Shown: positions 19,013-28,382 of the stretch, in pieces
Layout of the letters: each line of letters opens with the position of its first letter
Position numbering within the stretch: the stretch's first letter is position 1
From: Pseudoalteromonas tetraodonis
GTDB lineage: Bacteria > Pseudomonadota > Gammaproteobacteria > Enterobacterales > Alteromonadaceae
Direction of reading: 5' to 3'
Assembly: GCF_002310835.1 (NCBI RefSeq)
Contig: NZ_CP011041.1
Coordinates: 390,001-422,000 of the forward strand
DNA length: 32,000 nt
Notes under the pieces: model-generated
Seen by the model: the letters and a program-made list of their open reading frames with translations, nothing else
What the model was told of the DNA's origin: nothing
The model's database searches: none
Translations under genes and position numbers: made by a program

Positions 19013-19339
19013 ATGAAAACATTCGCCGTGTGCCTAGTTATTGTTGCGTTGTTTTTAATTAATAGCGGTTCAATTATTCACTTTGATGTGTGGCAGTTTC
19101 CGCTATGGATCTCAGATATTAGCTGGACAGGTATAGAGCTCATTGGTGCATTAGTTGCTATTATCGTTTTTATTGCGATTGTTGCTTTAGTGACGATGGG
19201 GTTAGTTGGAGCGGCGATGGTGGCACTGGCTGGTACTATTTTAGCTTTTTTATTCGGATCATTGATGATTGCTTGGCCGTTATTGTTTGTAGCAGGGCTG
19301 TGTTGGTTAATCGCAGATAACAAAAAAGTCGTCTCTTGA
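19013..19339 (+). CDS. Small Gly/Ala-rich polytopic membrane protein, possible PspG-like effector
   Basis: It starts at ATG 19013 with a strong SD AAGGAGA (19001-19007) and encodes 108 aa that are almost entirely hydrophobic helices. The C-terminal half (..FLFGSLMIAWPLLFVAGLCWLIADNKK) resembles E. coli PspG as I recall it. In E. coli, pspG sits directly downstream of dusA. Homology is unverified. Confidence 0.55.
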   Translation: MKTFAVCLVIVALFLINSGSIIHFDVWQFPLWISDISWTGIELIGALVAIIVFIAIVALVTMGLVGAAMVALAGTILAFLFGSLMIAWPLLFVAGLCWLIADNKKVVS

Positions 19340-19417
19340 GCTTAAATTAGCTGCCTAACATAGGGGAATTATGATAAATTTGAACTATATTTTTTTGTTT
19401 TAACAAGGATTTTACTG

Positions 19418-19927
19418 ATGATTAAACAATGTATTTCGATAGCAAGTGCATTAATGGTGGGTGTTTTTTCGTCTTCGTTAATGGCGCACGAAGGACATGA
19501 ACACGATAGTGTTGTTGCGCAGCTACAAGTAACACATGCGCAAGTAAGAGAGTTTTTGCCGGCAACCAAAGCCAGTGTGGCTTACTTTAGTATTAAAAAC
19601 CACAGCAATGTACCAGCAACCTTGACTAAAGCGACAATTGATGGCCTAGGGCGTGTTGAAATTCATGAGCACGTTCACGCTGACGGTATGATGAAAATGC
19701 AAAAAGTCGAATCATTGCGTATTAAAGCTCACCAACAACTCGATTTTAAGCCAGGCAGCTATCATTTAATGGTGTTTGAACCACAAGAACCGTTAAAAGT
19801 AGGTCAAGAACGTAAACTCACGCTATATTTTGAAGACGGGAACCGAGTATTTACCAATGCAAAAGTCGTTTCGTTAGCCTCACAAGCAGAGCCGGTAAAA
19901 GCATCGAAAGATCATAGTCATCATTAG
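19418..19927 (+). CDS. Periplasmic copper chaperone PCu(A)C (DUF461)
   Basis: The protein has a signal peptide. The exact PCuAC copper motif H-X10-M-X21-H-X-M can be counted in EIHEHVHADGMMKM...GSYHLM. His-rich stretches occur at both mature termini (HEGHEH, KDHSHH). Confidence 0.85.
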   Translation: MIKQCISIASALMVGVFSSSLMAHEGHEHDSVVAQLQVTHAQVREFLPATKASVAYFSIKNHSNVPATLTKATIDGLGRVEIHEHVHADGMMKMQKVESLRIKAHQQLDFKPGSYHLMVFEPQEPLKVGQERKLTLYFEDGNRVFTNAKVVSLASQAEPVKASKDHSHH

Positions 19928-19935
19928 GAGGATAA

Positions 19936-20922
19936 ATGTCACAGCATAAAGGAAAAATAATAACGGCACTGGTACTGTTATTTGTCGTGTTTTACGCCAT
20001 TGCAGTGTACTGGAGTATAGAGCCTTCACGTTTTGATGTTGTGCAAAATGCTAAGCAACAAGCGCAGCAACGCAGTGAAAAACTAGTCACAGGTTATGTA
20101 ACAACTTCAACACTCATCACTGTAGCTGATACGCTTTTAACTAAATCAGGCGGTTACTTATCAAATGATGTGCTACCACCGAGCGTAATAATGGACAATA
20201 TGCCGGCCTGGGAGTATGGTGCGCTGGAAATGGTGCGTGATTTAGCGTTGTCTATGCGAAAAGATTTTAGCCGCTCACAATCGCAATCAACTGAACACGA
20301 AGCGCTCAAAAAAGCTCAGCCACAATTTAATATCAGCTCTGAAGCATGGGCATGGCCAAGTGCTGAGGGTGAATACCAAAAAGGAATTGATTATTTAATG
20401 GTATATCGTTCTCAAATAGCCAATCAGCATGAGCGCGATAGCCAATTTTACTCTCGTGCAGATAACCTACGCAGTTGGTTAAAAGAAGCTGAAAAGCGTT
20501 TAGGCAGCTTAAGTCAGCGTTTAAGTGCAAGCGTGGGTCAAGATAAGGTTAACACTGACCTCGCCGGTAACTCTTCAAATACACAGGCCACCTATACGCC
20601 TTTACAACAACAAATAAAAACATCATGGTGGGAAATTGATGATGTATTTTATGAGTCACGTGGGGCCACTTGGGCTTTACTGCACTTTTTACAGGCGGTT
20701 GAATATGATTTTGCCGATGTGCTTGATAAAAAGAACGCCCGTGTCAGCTTGCAACAAATTATTCGCGAGCTTGAAGCAACCCAAGAAACGGTATGGAGCC
20801 CAATGATTTTAAACGGTAATGGATTTGGTTATGTCGCCAACCATTCACTTGTTATGGCAAATTATATTTCTAGAGCCAATGCGGCACTAATTGAACTTAG
20901 CGAATTATTAGCGCAAGGATAA
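19936..20922 (+). CDS. DUF2333 family membrane-anchored protein
   Basis: The protein has a single N-terminal TM helix followed by YWSIEPSRFDV. Blocks that I associate with DUF2333 proteins of Pseudomonas and Legionella are present (SLSQRLSASVG, SLVMANYISRANAA). This family call is from memory only. Confidence 0.7.
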   Translation: MSQHKGKIITALVLLFVVFYAIAVYWSIEPSRFDVVQNAKQQAQQRSEKLVTGYVTTSTLITVADTLLTKSGGYLSNDVLPPSVIMDNMPAWEYGALEMVRDLALSMRKDFSRSQSQSTEHEALKKAQPQFNISSEAWAWPSAEGEYQKGIDYLMVYRSQIANQHERDSQFYSRADNLRSWLKEAEKRLGSLSQRLSASVGQDKVNTDLAGNSSNTQATYTPLQQQIKTSWWEIDDVFYESRGATWALLHFLQAVEYDFADVLDKKNARVSLQQIIRELEATQETVWSPMILNGNGFGYVANHSLVMANYISRANAALIELSELLAQG

Positions 20923-20925
20923 AAA

Positions 20926-21696
20926 ATGAAAAAGTATTGTATAGCAGCAGCCTTATCAATGGCATGTTTAGCCCCTGTAGCACAAGCCGACACTGTATTG
21001 GGTTTATATGTAGGGGTTGATGGTTGGAAAGCAGATAATGACGGTAGCTTTTCTGATAACAATAACGCCCTGCAAAACTTCAACTTTGAAGATGAAACCT
21101 TTGTAAGTTATTACGCTGCGCTTGAGCACCCAGTGCCATTAGTGCCAAACTTAAAGTTAAAATACACTGAGCTTGAATTAAACGGCTCAACAGTGCTTGA
21201 AGACACATTTAGTTTTAACGGTACTGATTATATTGTTGGCACTGATGTTAATTCAGTGACTGACTTATCGCACATTGATTATATTTTTTACTACGAGATT
21301 TTTGATAACGATTTAATCTCAATTGATTTAGGTCTTAATGCTAAGCAGTTTGATGGTGAGCTTGTTGTAACAGGTACATCACAACAAGGTGGCGCTAACT
21401 TTACTGAAATCGAAGAGTTCTCTGGTGTTGTGCCGTTAGTATATGGACGTTTTGAAGCGGGTTTACCATTTAGTGGTTTAAGTGTTTTTGCTGAAGGCAG
21501 CTTTTTAGCCATAGATGACAGTAAAGTACAAGATTACCAAATGGGTATTGCTTGGGAGTTTATTGATAACCTAGCGGTTGATGTTGCGGTTAAAGCGGGC
21601 TACCGCTCTATGGTTTTAGAACTTGATGATGTCGATGATATTAATACTGATATTGATGCATCGGGTCCGTTTGCCGGTATTCAGGTTCACTTTTAA
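20926..21696 (+). CDS. Outer-membrane beta-barrel protein (possibly TIGR04219 family)
   Basis: It has a signal peptide (..LAPVAQA/DT), alternating hydrophobic beta-strand patterning and a C-terminal ...GIQVHF ending in Phe. It starts 3 nt after the DUF2333 gene. Confidence 0.72.
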   Translation: MKKYCIAAALSMACLAPVAQADTVLGLYVGVDGWKADNDGSFSDNNNALQNFNFEDETFVSYYAALEHPVPLVPNLKLKYTELELNGSTVLEDTFSFNGTDYIVGTDVNSVTDLSHIDYIFYYEIFDNDLISIDLGLNAKQFDGELVVTGTSQQGGANFTEIEEFSGVVPLVYGRFEAGLPFSGLSVFAEGSFLAIDDSKVQDYQMGIAWEFIDNLAVDVAVKAGYRSMVLELDDVDDINTDIDASGPFAGIQVHF

Positions 21697-21711
21697 TTAA
21701 AGTATTATTTT

Positions 21712-21738
21712 GAGCCACCTTGTGTGGCTCTTATTTTT
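21712..21738 (+). terminator. Rho-independent terminator ending the pspA-to-OMP gene string
   Basis: GAGCCAC (21712-21718) pairs with GTGGCTC (21724-21730) around a 5-nt loop, followed by TTATTTTT. Confidence 0.65.
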
Positions 21739-21772
21739 AAAAGCTAACACACGCTTTAGTCATCTCTGTTTG

Positions 21773-22654
21773 CTATTTTAAAGAATGCCAAACTAATTCA
21801 AACTCCCCTTCAAATGCTGAACCAATTAACTGTTTGTACACCTTGTTAATCGGGTAGTTCATTAATCTAAATAGTTCATCACCTGTTTGAGTAAACTTAT
21901 AATAGCTAAGCACCAAATCGTTACTTTTTGCTTTTAAGGTTAGTTTTTGTGATAAAAAGGATAGGGTGAACTCTTGTCCTACTTTTAATGCCGCTGACTC
22001 TATTTCTTTACGATACAGCAAGTTTAAATCCATTAAAGTTAGTACGTCTGGAAAGCTCACGCCGCTTTTACCTATGCTTAATGACACTTTATTGCCTTTA
22101 CCTAGTAAATCAAATAATGAGGGTTTTTTGTAATACCCCAAGAATATTAGGTGGCTGCTATCCTTTTCGTTATATCCAGAAATAGACACGCACTTTCTTA
22201 ATGAATCGGCTTCGCGCTGGGTCATGTGCTTAAGTGTTTGTAAACTTTTAATAGAAAAAGTACCTGGGCTAATGGTTTCGCCAGTAAAAATTTTTGCCCA
22301 CAACACTTGCATAGATTGATTTGAGGTATCTTCACATAAGGCTATAAAGTGCTCCACCCAATCAGCATCGGGCTGCTTAGCGCAAGCAACATCAGGACAA
22401 AACTCCATTGCTAAGGCTAAAATAGTCTCAATATTTTGTTGCTGTTTAATCAGTAGTAAGTCTTGTCGTTTTTGAGCACGCGCTAAAATTGAATGCTCGC
22501 TATTAATACTATAAAGCGATTTGGCTTTACCTTGAGGATTATAGGTTTTTTCATCAATGGCAGGCGTATTGCTCACTTTTGTGACCGAGTAACCTAGCAG
22601 TGACTCAATAATATTGGCAAGTTTAATCCTGGCTTGTGCGGTTTTGACTGTCAT
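21773..22654 (-). CDS. Hypothetical cytoplasmic protein, DUF2806/TIGR03899-like
   Basis: The 293-aa protein has no signal peptide or TM helix. Its central block DADWVEHFIALCEDTSNQSMQVLWAKIFTGETISPGTFSIKSLQTLKHMTQREADSLRK fits my recollection of the DUF2806 pattern. The family call is from memory. The region is visibly AT-richer than its neighbours. Confidence 0.55.
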   Translation of the reverse strand: MTVKTAQARIKLANIIESLLGYSVTKVSNTPAIDEKTYNPQGKAKSLYSINSEHSILARAQKRQDLLLIKQQQNIETILALAMEFCPDVACAKQPDADWVEHFIALCEDTSNQSMQVLWAKIFTGETISPGTFSIKSLQTLKHMTQREADSLRKCVSISGYNEKDSSHLIFLGYYKKPSLFDLLGKGNKVSLSIGKSGVSFPDVLTLMDLNLLYRKEIESAALKVGQEFTLSFLSQKLTLKAKSNDLVLSYYKFTQTGDELFRLMNYPINKVYKQLIGSAFEGEFELVWHSLK

Positions 22655-23171
22655 GGCTTTCCATTATTGCTTGTGCATCACTGAGTTGAGCGACCGTTTT
22701 TAGGTTATTTAATCCTAGGGTCACTATATTACCTAATATATTTTCAGCAGATATAGCAACGTACCCAGAAATAAGCGGCATCGTTGCTTGTCCTTCTATA
22801 TGCCACGTGACGGTTTTTGTGTGCGGGCTAAATAGTAATTTGCTAGTGATAATATGCTCTTGATTAAATAACACACTAAATACAACTTCATTATCGCTTA
22901 ATGACGATATTGTCATTTCGCCTTTGCCCCATTTACCTTCCCAAGATTGGTAGGCTCCTGCGCCAGAGCTCGGTTCTCCAATATTAAACTTAATATTAGG
23001 GTCTATTTGTTGCCACGGCGACCATTTATACCACTGGGTAAAGTCCTCCACTAATGACTTTATTACGGGAGCGCGTGCATTAATTTTTATACTTTTTTGC
23101 ACATGATAATTTTGTGGTAACAATAATCCAACGACAACAAAAACCAGAAGCAATATGATTGAAAACTGCAT
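22623..23171 (-). CDS. SRPBCC (polyketide cyclase/START-like) family protein with N-terminal membrane anchor
   Basis: The 182-aa protein has an N-terminal TM helix followed by HVQKSIKINARAPVIKSLVEDFTQWYKWSPW, typical of the membrane-anchored SRPBCC subgroup. Its 3' end overlaps the downstream gene by 32 nt. No convincing SD precedes the ATG. Confidence 0.65.
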   Translation of the reverse strand: MQFSIILLLVFVVVGLLLPQNYHVQKSIKINARAPVIKSLVEDFTQWYKWSPWQQIDPNIKFNIGEPSSGAGAYQSWEGKWGKGEMTISSLSDNEVVFSVLFNQEHIITSKLLFSPHTKTVTWHIEGQATMPLISGYVAISAENILGNIVTLGLNNLKTVAQLSDAQAIMESHDSQNRTSQD

Positions 23172-23460
23172 TATTTTTTTAAGTAGTTTAATAGGTATTC
23201 CTCATCTATTTTAATTTACAGCGTCTATCAATTATTAATTATTTAATAGTTTAACGAAGTCACGGTTGCTTTTGATCTATTTTATCTACCTTGTATTATT
23301 CCAAAAGCAGACATTAGCCGTAATAAGTTTAGATGATTTATTAGTTTTAGTAATGCAATAAAGGTAAACAATTTTTAATCAGCGCTTTCATTTTGTGCTA
23401 TATCAACGGGGATGTCGATAGGGTATAATTCGCGCCTTTTGTTATTGAACGGCCAATTTT

Positions 23461-25644
23461 ATGAGCACATTAAAAGCTGAACGCGCCTTATTCTCATACC
23501 CCAAGTATTGGGCTGAGTGTTATGGCACAGCTCCATTTTTACCAACAACACGCGAAGAAATGGACGCGCTTGGCTGGGATAGCTGCGATATTATTATTAT
23601 TAGCGGTGATGCTTATGTAGACCATCCTAGTTTTGGGATGGCCGTAATTGGCCGAGTGCTAGAAGCGCAAGGTTTTAGAGTGGGTATTATTGCTCAACCA
23701 GATTGGAACTCTAAAGATGCGTTTATGGCATTGGGTAAGCCTAACTTATTTTTTGGTATTACAGCCGGTAATATGGACTCGATGATCAATCGTTACACCG
23801 CTGAAAAACGAATGCGCCATGATGACGCATACACACCAGGAAATGTCGGCGGTAAACGCCCAGATCGCGCAGTGATCATTTATTCACAACGCTGTCGTGA
23901 AGCCTACAAAGATGTGCCATTAGTGTTAGGGGGCATTGAAGCCAGTCTGCGCCGTATTGCTCATTATGATTACTGGCAAGAAAAAGTACGTCGTAGCGTA
24001 TTATTTGACGCTAAAGGCGATATTTTAATTTATGGTAATGCCGAACGCCCGTTAGTTGAAGTAGCGCATCGTATCGCTGCCGGTGAAACCATCGATACCA
24101 TACAGGATGTTAGAGGCACGGCAGTTATTCGTAAAGAGCCTTTACCTGGTTGGCGTGGCAGTGACTCAACAGCCATTGATAAAATTGGTAAAATAGACCC
24201 TATTCCTAATCCTTATGGCGCGGATGATGTGGGCTGTGCTAAATCAGAATTTAAGCAAGCCGGCATCGATTTACAAGCAGAAGCTGCAAAACCAATTACC
24301 ATCCAGCCTGCTCGTCCTAAGCCGTGGGAAAAAACTTACGTTAAACTGCCGGCATTTGAGCAGGTTAGCGTTAATAAGCCTTTGTATGCCCATGCATCAC
24401 GTATTTTACATCAAGAAACCAACCCAGGTTGTGCAAGGGCGTTATTTCAGCGTCATGGCGATCGTTCTATTTGGGTGAATCCGCCGGCTTATCCGCTTGA
24501 AACTCAGGAAATGGATGACGTGTTTGGTTTACCTTACCAGCGTATACCACATCCAAGTTATGGCGATGATAAAATCCCTGCTTACGATATGATTAAAACG
24601 TCGGTAAATATTATGCGCGGCTGTTTTGGCGGCTGTTCGTTTTGTTCTATTACCGAGCATGAGGGGCGCATAATACAAAGCCGTTCTCAAGAATCGATTA
24701 TCGAAGAAATTGAACAAATTAGAGATAAAGTGCCGGGCTTTACTGGGGTTATCTCTGATTTAGGTGGGCCAACTGCAAATATGTACAAACTGCGTTGTAC
24801 CAGTAAAAAAGCAGAGAGTACGTGCCGTCGCTTGTCGTGTGTGTATCCTGATATTTGTAAGCATATGGATACCGATCACACACCCACTATCGACTTATAT
24901 AAAAAAGCGCGTGAGGTCAAAGGGATCAAAAAGATCTTAATTGCTTCGGGCGTGCGTTATGACCTTGCAGTACGTGATCCTCGTTACGTTAAAGAGCTAG
25001 TAACCCATCATGTTGGTGGATATTTAAAAATAGCACCTGAACACACAGAAGATGGCCCATTATCAAAAATGATGAAACCAGGTATGGGCGCCTATGATGA
25101 ATTTAAAGCGTTATTTGATAAGTACTCAAAAGAAGCGGGTAAAAAGCAGTATTTAATTCCATACTTTATTTCTGCTCACCCGGGGACTAAAGATGAAGAC
25201 ATGGTAAACATGGCTTTATGGTTGAAATCGAATGATTTTAAGCTTGATCAGGTACAAAATTTTTATCCATCACCGATGGCCAACGCAACCACCATTTACC
25301 ACACAGAAATGAACTCGCTACGTAATATTAAAAATAATACGGAGCAAGTACCTGTGCCTAAGGGAGCGCGCCAACGTCGTTTGCATAAAGCGATTTTACG
25401 CTATCACGATCCTGCCGGTTGGCCAATGATCCGCGAAGCCCTGCGTAACATGGGCAAAGCCAAGCTTATTGGTAAAGGGCCTAACTGTTTAGTCCCTGAA
25501 GAAGGACGAGATGAAAGACAAACCAAAGGCGGAAAAGGTAACAAGGGCGGTCGTCCTGCGCTTACTCGTCATACTGGCTTTAGCCAGTTTAAAAAAGCCA
25601 ACACTAAACCTAAGGTAGGTGGTAATCGCCAGCGCGCTAAGTAG
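23461..25644 (+). CDS. ygiQ: YgiQ (UPF0313) family radical SAM protein
   Basis: The 727-aa protein has the radical-SAM cluster motif [18 protein letters not shown]. Its N-terminus is conserved ([18 protein letters not shown]), and it has the basic Lys/Arg/Gly tail characteristic of YgiQ. Confidence 0.92.
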   Translation: MSTLKAERALFSYPKYWAECYGTAPFLPTTREEMDALGWDSCDIIIISGDAYVDHPSFGMAVIGRVLEAQGFRVGIIAQPDWNSKDAFMALGKPNLFFGITAGNMDSMINRYTAEKRMRHDDAYTPGNVGGKRPDRAVIIYSQRCREAYKDVPLVLGGIEASLRRIAHYDYWQEKVRRSVLFDAKGDILIYGNAERPLVEVAHRIAAGETIDTIQDVRGTAVIRKEPLPGWRGSDSTAIDKIGKIDPIPNPYGADDVGCAKSEFKQAGIDLQAEAAKPITIQPARPKPWEKTYVKLPAFEQVSVNKPLYAHASRILHQETNPGCARALFQRHGDRSIWVNPPAYPLETQEMDDVFGLPYQRIPHPSYGDDKIPAYDMIKTSVNIMRGCFGGCSFCSITEHEGRIIQSRSQESIIEEIEQIRDKVPGFTGVISDLGGPTANMYKLRCTSKKAESTCRRLSCVYPDICKHMDTDHTPTIDLYKKAREVKGIKKILIASGVRYDLAVRDPRYVKELVTHHVGGYLKIAPEHTEDGPLSKMMKPGMGAYDEFKALFDKYSKEAGKKQYLIPYFISAHPGTKDEDMVNMALWLKSNDFKLDQVQNFYPSPMANATTIYHTEMNSLRNIKNNTEQVPVPKGARQRRLHKAILRYHDPAGWPMIREALRNMGKAKLIGKGPNCLVPEEGRDERQTKGGKGNKGGRPALTRHTGFSQFKKANTKPKVGGNRQRAK

Positions 25645-25677
25645 CCTTAACTTATGTAAAGTAACTATCGGCTTAAA

Positions 25678-25709
25678 CAAAAACACCGCGTATTGATGCG
25701 GTGTTTTTG
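25678..25709. terminator. Bidirectional terminator between convergent ygiQ and mgtE
   Basis: CAAAAACACCGC (25678-25689) pairs with GCGGTGTTTTTG (25698-25709) around an 8-nt loop. This is the third copy of the ACACCGC/GCGGTGT stem. Confidence 0.7.
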
Positions 25710-25731
25710 TTTAAAAACGTTTATAAAAAGA

Positions 25732-27090
25732 TTAAATCAATAACCAAGTCGCAGTACCTAAGAAGGCAAATATACCAACAATATCAGTTACCGTGGTTAG
25801 TACCACACTGCCTGCAAGTGCTGGATCTATTTTCATTTTTTTAAGCAATAGTGGGATACTAGCACCCGCAATACCTGCTGCAACTAAATTCATAAACATA
25901 GCAAACGCTAAAACACCACCGAGTTTGAAATCCCATTGCCAAAGCGCAACAACACCGGCAATTAGGATAGACCAAACCATACCGTTAATCGCACCGATAG
26001 CGAGTTCTTTTAATAATAAAAAACGTTGGTTAGTTTGGTTGATATGACCCACCGCGATACCGCGAATAACCAAAGTTAAGGTTTGGCTGCCTGCAACCCC
26101 ACCCATTGACGGGACAATGCCATTGAGCACAGCAAGAATTGGTAATATAGCTAAGGTGTTTTCAAAAAAGCTCGCCACAATTGCAGCCAGCAATGCAGTT
26201 AGTAAGTTTACACCCAGCCAAATTGAGCGCTTTTTAGAGCTTTTCAACACAGGTGCAAAGGTATCTTCTTCATCATCTAAACCCGCTAAACCCAGTAAAC
26301 TGTGCTCAGCGTCTTCACGTATAACATCAACGATATCATCAATGGTGATCCGCCCAAGCAAGTGTGCGTTGTCATCAACAACCGGTGCCGATATCCAATT
26401 ATGACGCTCAAACAATTGTGCAACTTCGCTCTCATCCATTGAAATAGGAATAGACTCACAGTCTTCATCCATTAAATCATGAACAATTTTTTCAGGGGGG
26501 TTGGTTAATAAAGTGCTCAGCGATAGGGCGCCTAAAAAGCAGTTATTTTCATCAACCACATATAAGTCATCTGTACCCTCAGGTAATTCGCCGCGTAAGC
26601 GAATATAACGCAGTACCACATCTAGAGTCACATCGGGGCGAATAGTAACGGTATCGATATTCATCAATGCGCCAGCAGAGCGCTCTTGATACGATAAAGC
26701 CTGCGTTGCACGTTCTCTATCTTGAATATCCATAGCGCTAACAACATCTTTATAAACGGTGTCAGGTAGGCTACGTAGTACTTCCCCTAAGTCATCATGG
26801 CCCATGTCTTCGGTTGCAGCAGCAATGTGCTCGGGTGCCATTTGCGCAATAATGCCCAAACGTACATCTTCAGAAAGCTCTTCAAGCACATCACCTTGTA
26901 CATCAGGATCAACGAGCTGCCAGAGCATACGGCGAATTTTATGCGGGGATGATTCTAAAAGAAGTGCGGTATCACAAGGCGCCGTCTTTGCCAGCATGCG
27001 TCTAACTTGAACAAATTGACCACTATTTAGTGACTTAGTCACCTGTTTTAGTTGTTGTAGTGGAATATCTTGTTCTAAAGCTTCAGGCAT
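25732..27090 (-). CDS. mgtE: Magnesium transporter MgtE
   Basis: The 452-aa protein has an MgtE N-domain, a CBS pair and five C-terminal TM helices, with PILAVLNGIVPSMGGVAGSQT. The SD AAGGA lies 6 nt upstream of the start. Confidence 0.95.
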   Translation of the reverse strand: MPEALEQDIPLQQLKQVTKSLNSGQFVQVRRMLAKTAPCDTALLLESSPHKIRRMLWQLVDPDVQGDVLEELSEDVRLGIIAQMAPEHIAAATEDMGHDDLGEVLRSLPDTVYKDVVSAMDIQDRERATQALSYQERSAGALMNIDTVTIRPDVTLDVVLRYIRLRGELPEGTDDLYVVDENNCFLGALSLSTLLTNPPEKIVHDLMDEDCESIPISMDESEVAQLFERHNWISAPVVDDNAHLLGRITIDDIVDVIREDAEHSLLGLAGLDDEEDTFAPVLKSSKKRSIWLGVNLLTALLAAIVASFFENTLAILPILAVLNGIVPSMGGVAGSQTLTLVIRGIAVGHINQTNQRFLLLKELAIGAINGMVWSILIAGVVALWQWDFKLGGVLAFAMFMNLVAAGIAGASIPLLLKKMKIDPALAGSVVLTTVTDIVGIFAFLGTATWLLI

Positions 27091-27229
27091 TGGCGTCCTT
27101 AATTAAATTGTATTACATGCTGGAAGGGTATAAATGCTATTCAATTTTAGTTTATCTTACTTTATGTGAGCAAACTACCTCAACCACTATTAACCTAAGC
27201 TTAGGATGATGAGTTAATAATGAACTTTT

Positions 27230-27502
27230 TTATTCTTGCTCATTAAATCGTTGGTCAATTAGTTCACCTATTGCGCTAAGTGCAGGCTCAGCGTCGGGGC
27301 CTTCGCATACCACCTTAACTTCTTTGCCTTGGCTACTTTCGAGCAACATAAGTGCCAGCACGCTATCGCCAGCGGCCTGTTTGTCATCTTGAAATAAAGT
27401 GATTGTGGCATCAAATTGCACAGAAAGCTGAGCTAATACTGTCGCCGCTCTAGCGTGTAATCCTAATTTGTTTTTTATTAAAAATGTATTTTCTAAGCGC
27501 AT
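27230..27502 (-). CDS. ptsO: Phosphocarrier protein NPr (nitrogen-PTS HPr paralogue)
   Basis: The protein has the HPr fold with active-site NKLGLHARAA. I chose ATG 27502, which gives 90 aa as in E. coli NPr. The ORF track begins at an upstream TTG (27517). Confidence 0.85.
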   Translation of the reverse strand: MRLENTFLIKNKLGLHARAATVLAQLSVQFDATITLFQDDKQAAGDSVLALMLLESSQGKEVKVVCEGPDAEPALSAIGELIDQRFNEQE

Positions 27503-27520
27503 GACATCTTCTCGCAAGCT

Positions 27521-28363
27521 TTATTCTTGTTCTCGGTGGCGAATTTTTACATTAGGATGGCTCATTGCAAAGCTTTCACCAATGGTTTGCGCTAAATAAA
27601 CAGAGCGGTGTTGCCCACCAGTACAGCCAATTGCAATGGTTAAGTAGCTGCGGTTATTTCGTTCTAAATGCGGCAACCATGTTTGCACAAATGTTTGAAT
27701 TTGCCATGTAAATTTTTGCACTATACTGTGACTTGCTAGGTAGTCTTTTACTGGTTGGTCCAGCCCTGTAAGTGGCTTAAGTTCAGGCTCCCAATGCGGG
27801 TTTGGTAAAAAGCGGGCATCGAATACGTAATCTGCTTCTTTAGGGATGCCGTGTTTAAAACCAAATGACTCAAAGGTAATGATCAGTTGTTTATCTTTTT
27901 TTCCGAGTATTTTTTCACGAATAGACTCAGCAAGCTGATGCACACTTAAATCTGTGGTATCAATCATATAATCAGCACGATTAATCAATACATCAAGCAG
28001 TTGTTTTTCTTTTTTTATGGCTAAATCAAGCGGCAAAGAATCAATAGATAAAGGGTGGAGACGTCGCGTTTCTGAAAAACGTTTTATTAATGTTTGATCG
28101 TCACTGTCTAAATAAAATACCGTTGGTTTAGTAAAACCAGGTAAATATTCAATGATTTCATTAAACTGCTGTTGCTCTTTAGGTAGGTTACGTACATCAA
28201 CACTCACGGCAATTTTATTATAACTGTCGGAAACACTGCGCACTAATGATGGTAATAAATTAAGAGGAATATTGTCTACACAATAATAACCTAAGTCTTC
28301 CACAACGCGTAACGCCACAGATTTACCTGACCCTGAACGACCGCTTATAATTATTAATTCCAT
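27521..28363 (-). CDS. rapZ: RNase adapter protein RapZ (YhbJ)
   Basis: The 280-aa protein has the Walker A motif GRSGSGKS. Conserved RapZ blocks are present (VDVRN, FGFKHGIP, DARFLPNPHW, IGCTGGQHRSV). Confidence 0.94.
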   Translation of the reverse strand: MELIIISGRSGSGKSVALRVVEDLGYYCVDNIPLNLLPSLVRSVSDSYNKIAVSVDVRNLPKEQQQFNEIIEYLPGFTKPTVFYLDSDDQTLIKRFSETRRLHPLSIDSLPLDLAIKKEKQLLDVLINRADYMIDTTDLSVHQLAESIREKILGKKDKQLIITFESFGFKHGIPKEADYVFDARFLPNPHWEPELKPLTGLDQPVKDYLASHSIVQKFTWQIQTFVQTWLPHLERNNRSYLTIAIGCTGGQHRSVYLAQTIGESFAMSHPNVKIRHREQE

Positions 28364-28382
28364 TTATCACCTTTCTTTGTTA

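Noticed and set aside
23172-23460. The 289-bp AT-rich spacer upstream of ygiQ might hide a small gene or sRNA.
   Set aside because: There is no ORF with an SD and no hairpin-terminator pair. I see only a duplicated ATCTATTTTA and a possible TATAAT near 23433. It is most simply two divergent promoter regions.
27091-27229. There could be a magnesium (M-box) riboswitch in the mgtE leader.
   Set aside because: The leader is only ~139 nt including the promoter, is AT-rich, and lacks the long conserved M-box helices. A weak sigma-70 candidate is all I can see (TTGCTC-18-TAAAAT, minus strand, about 27173-27144). The perfect palindrome CCTAAGCTTAGG has no U-tract.
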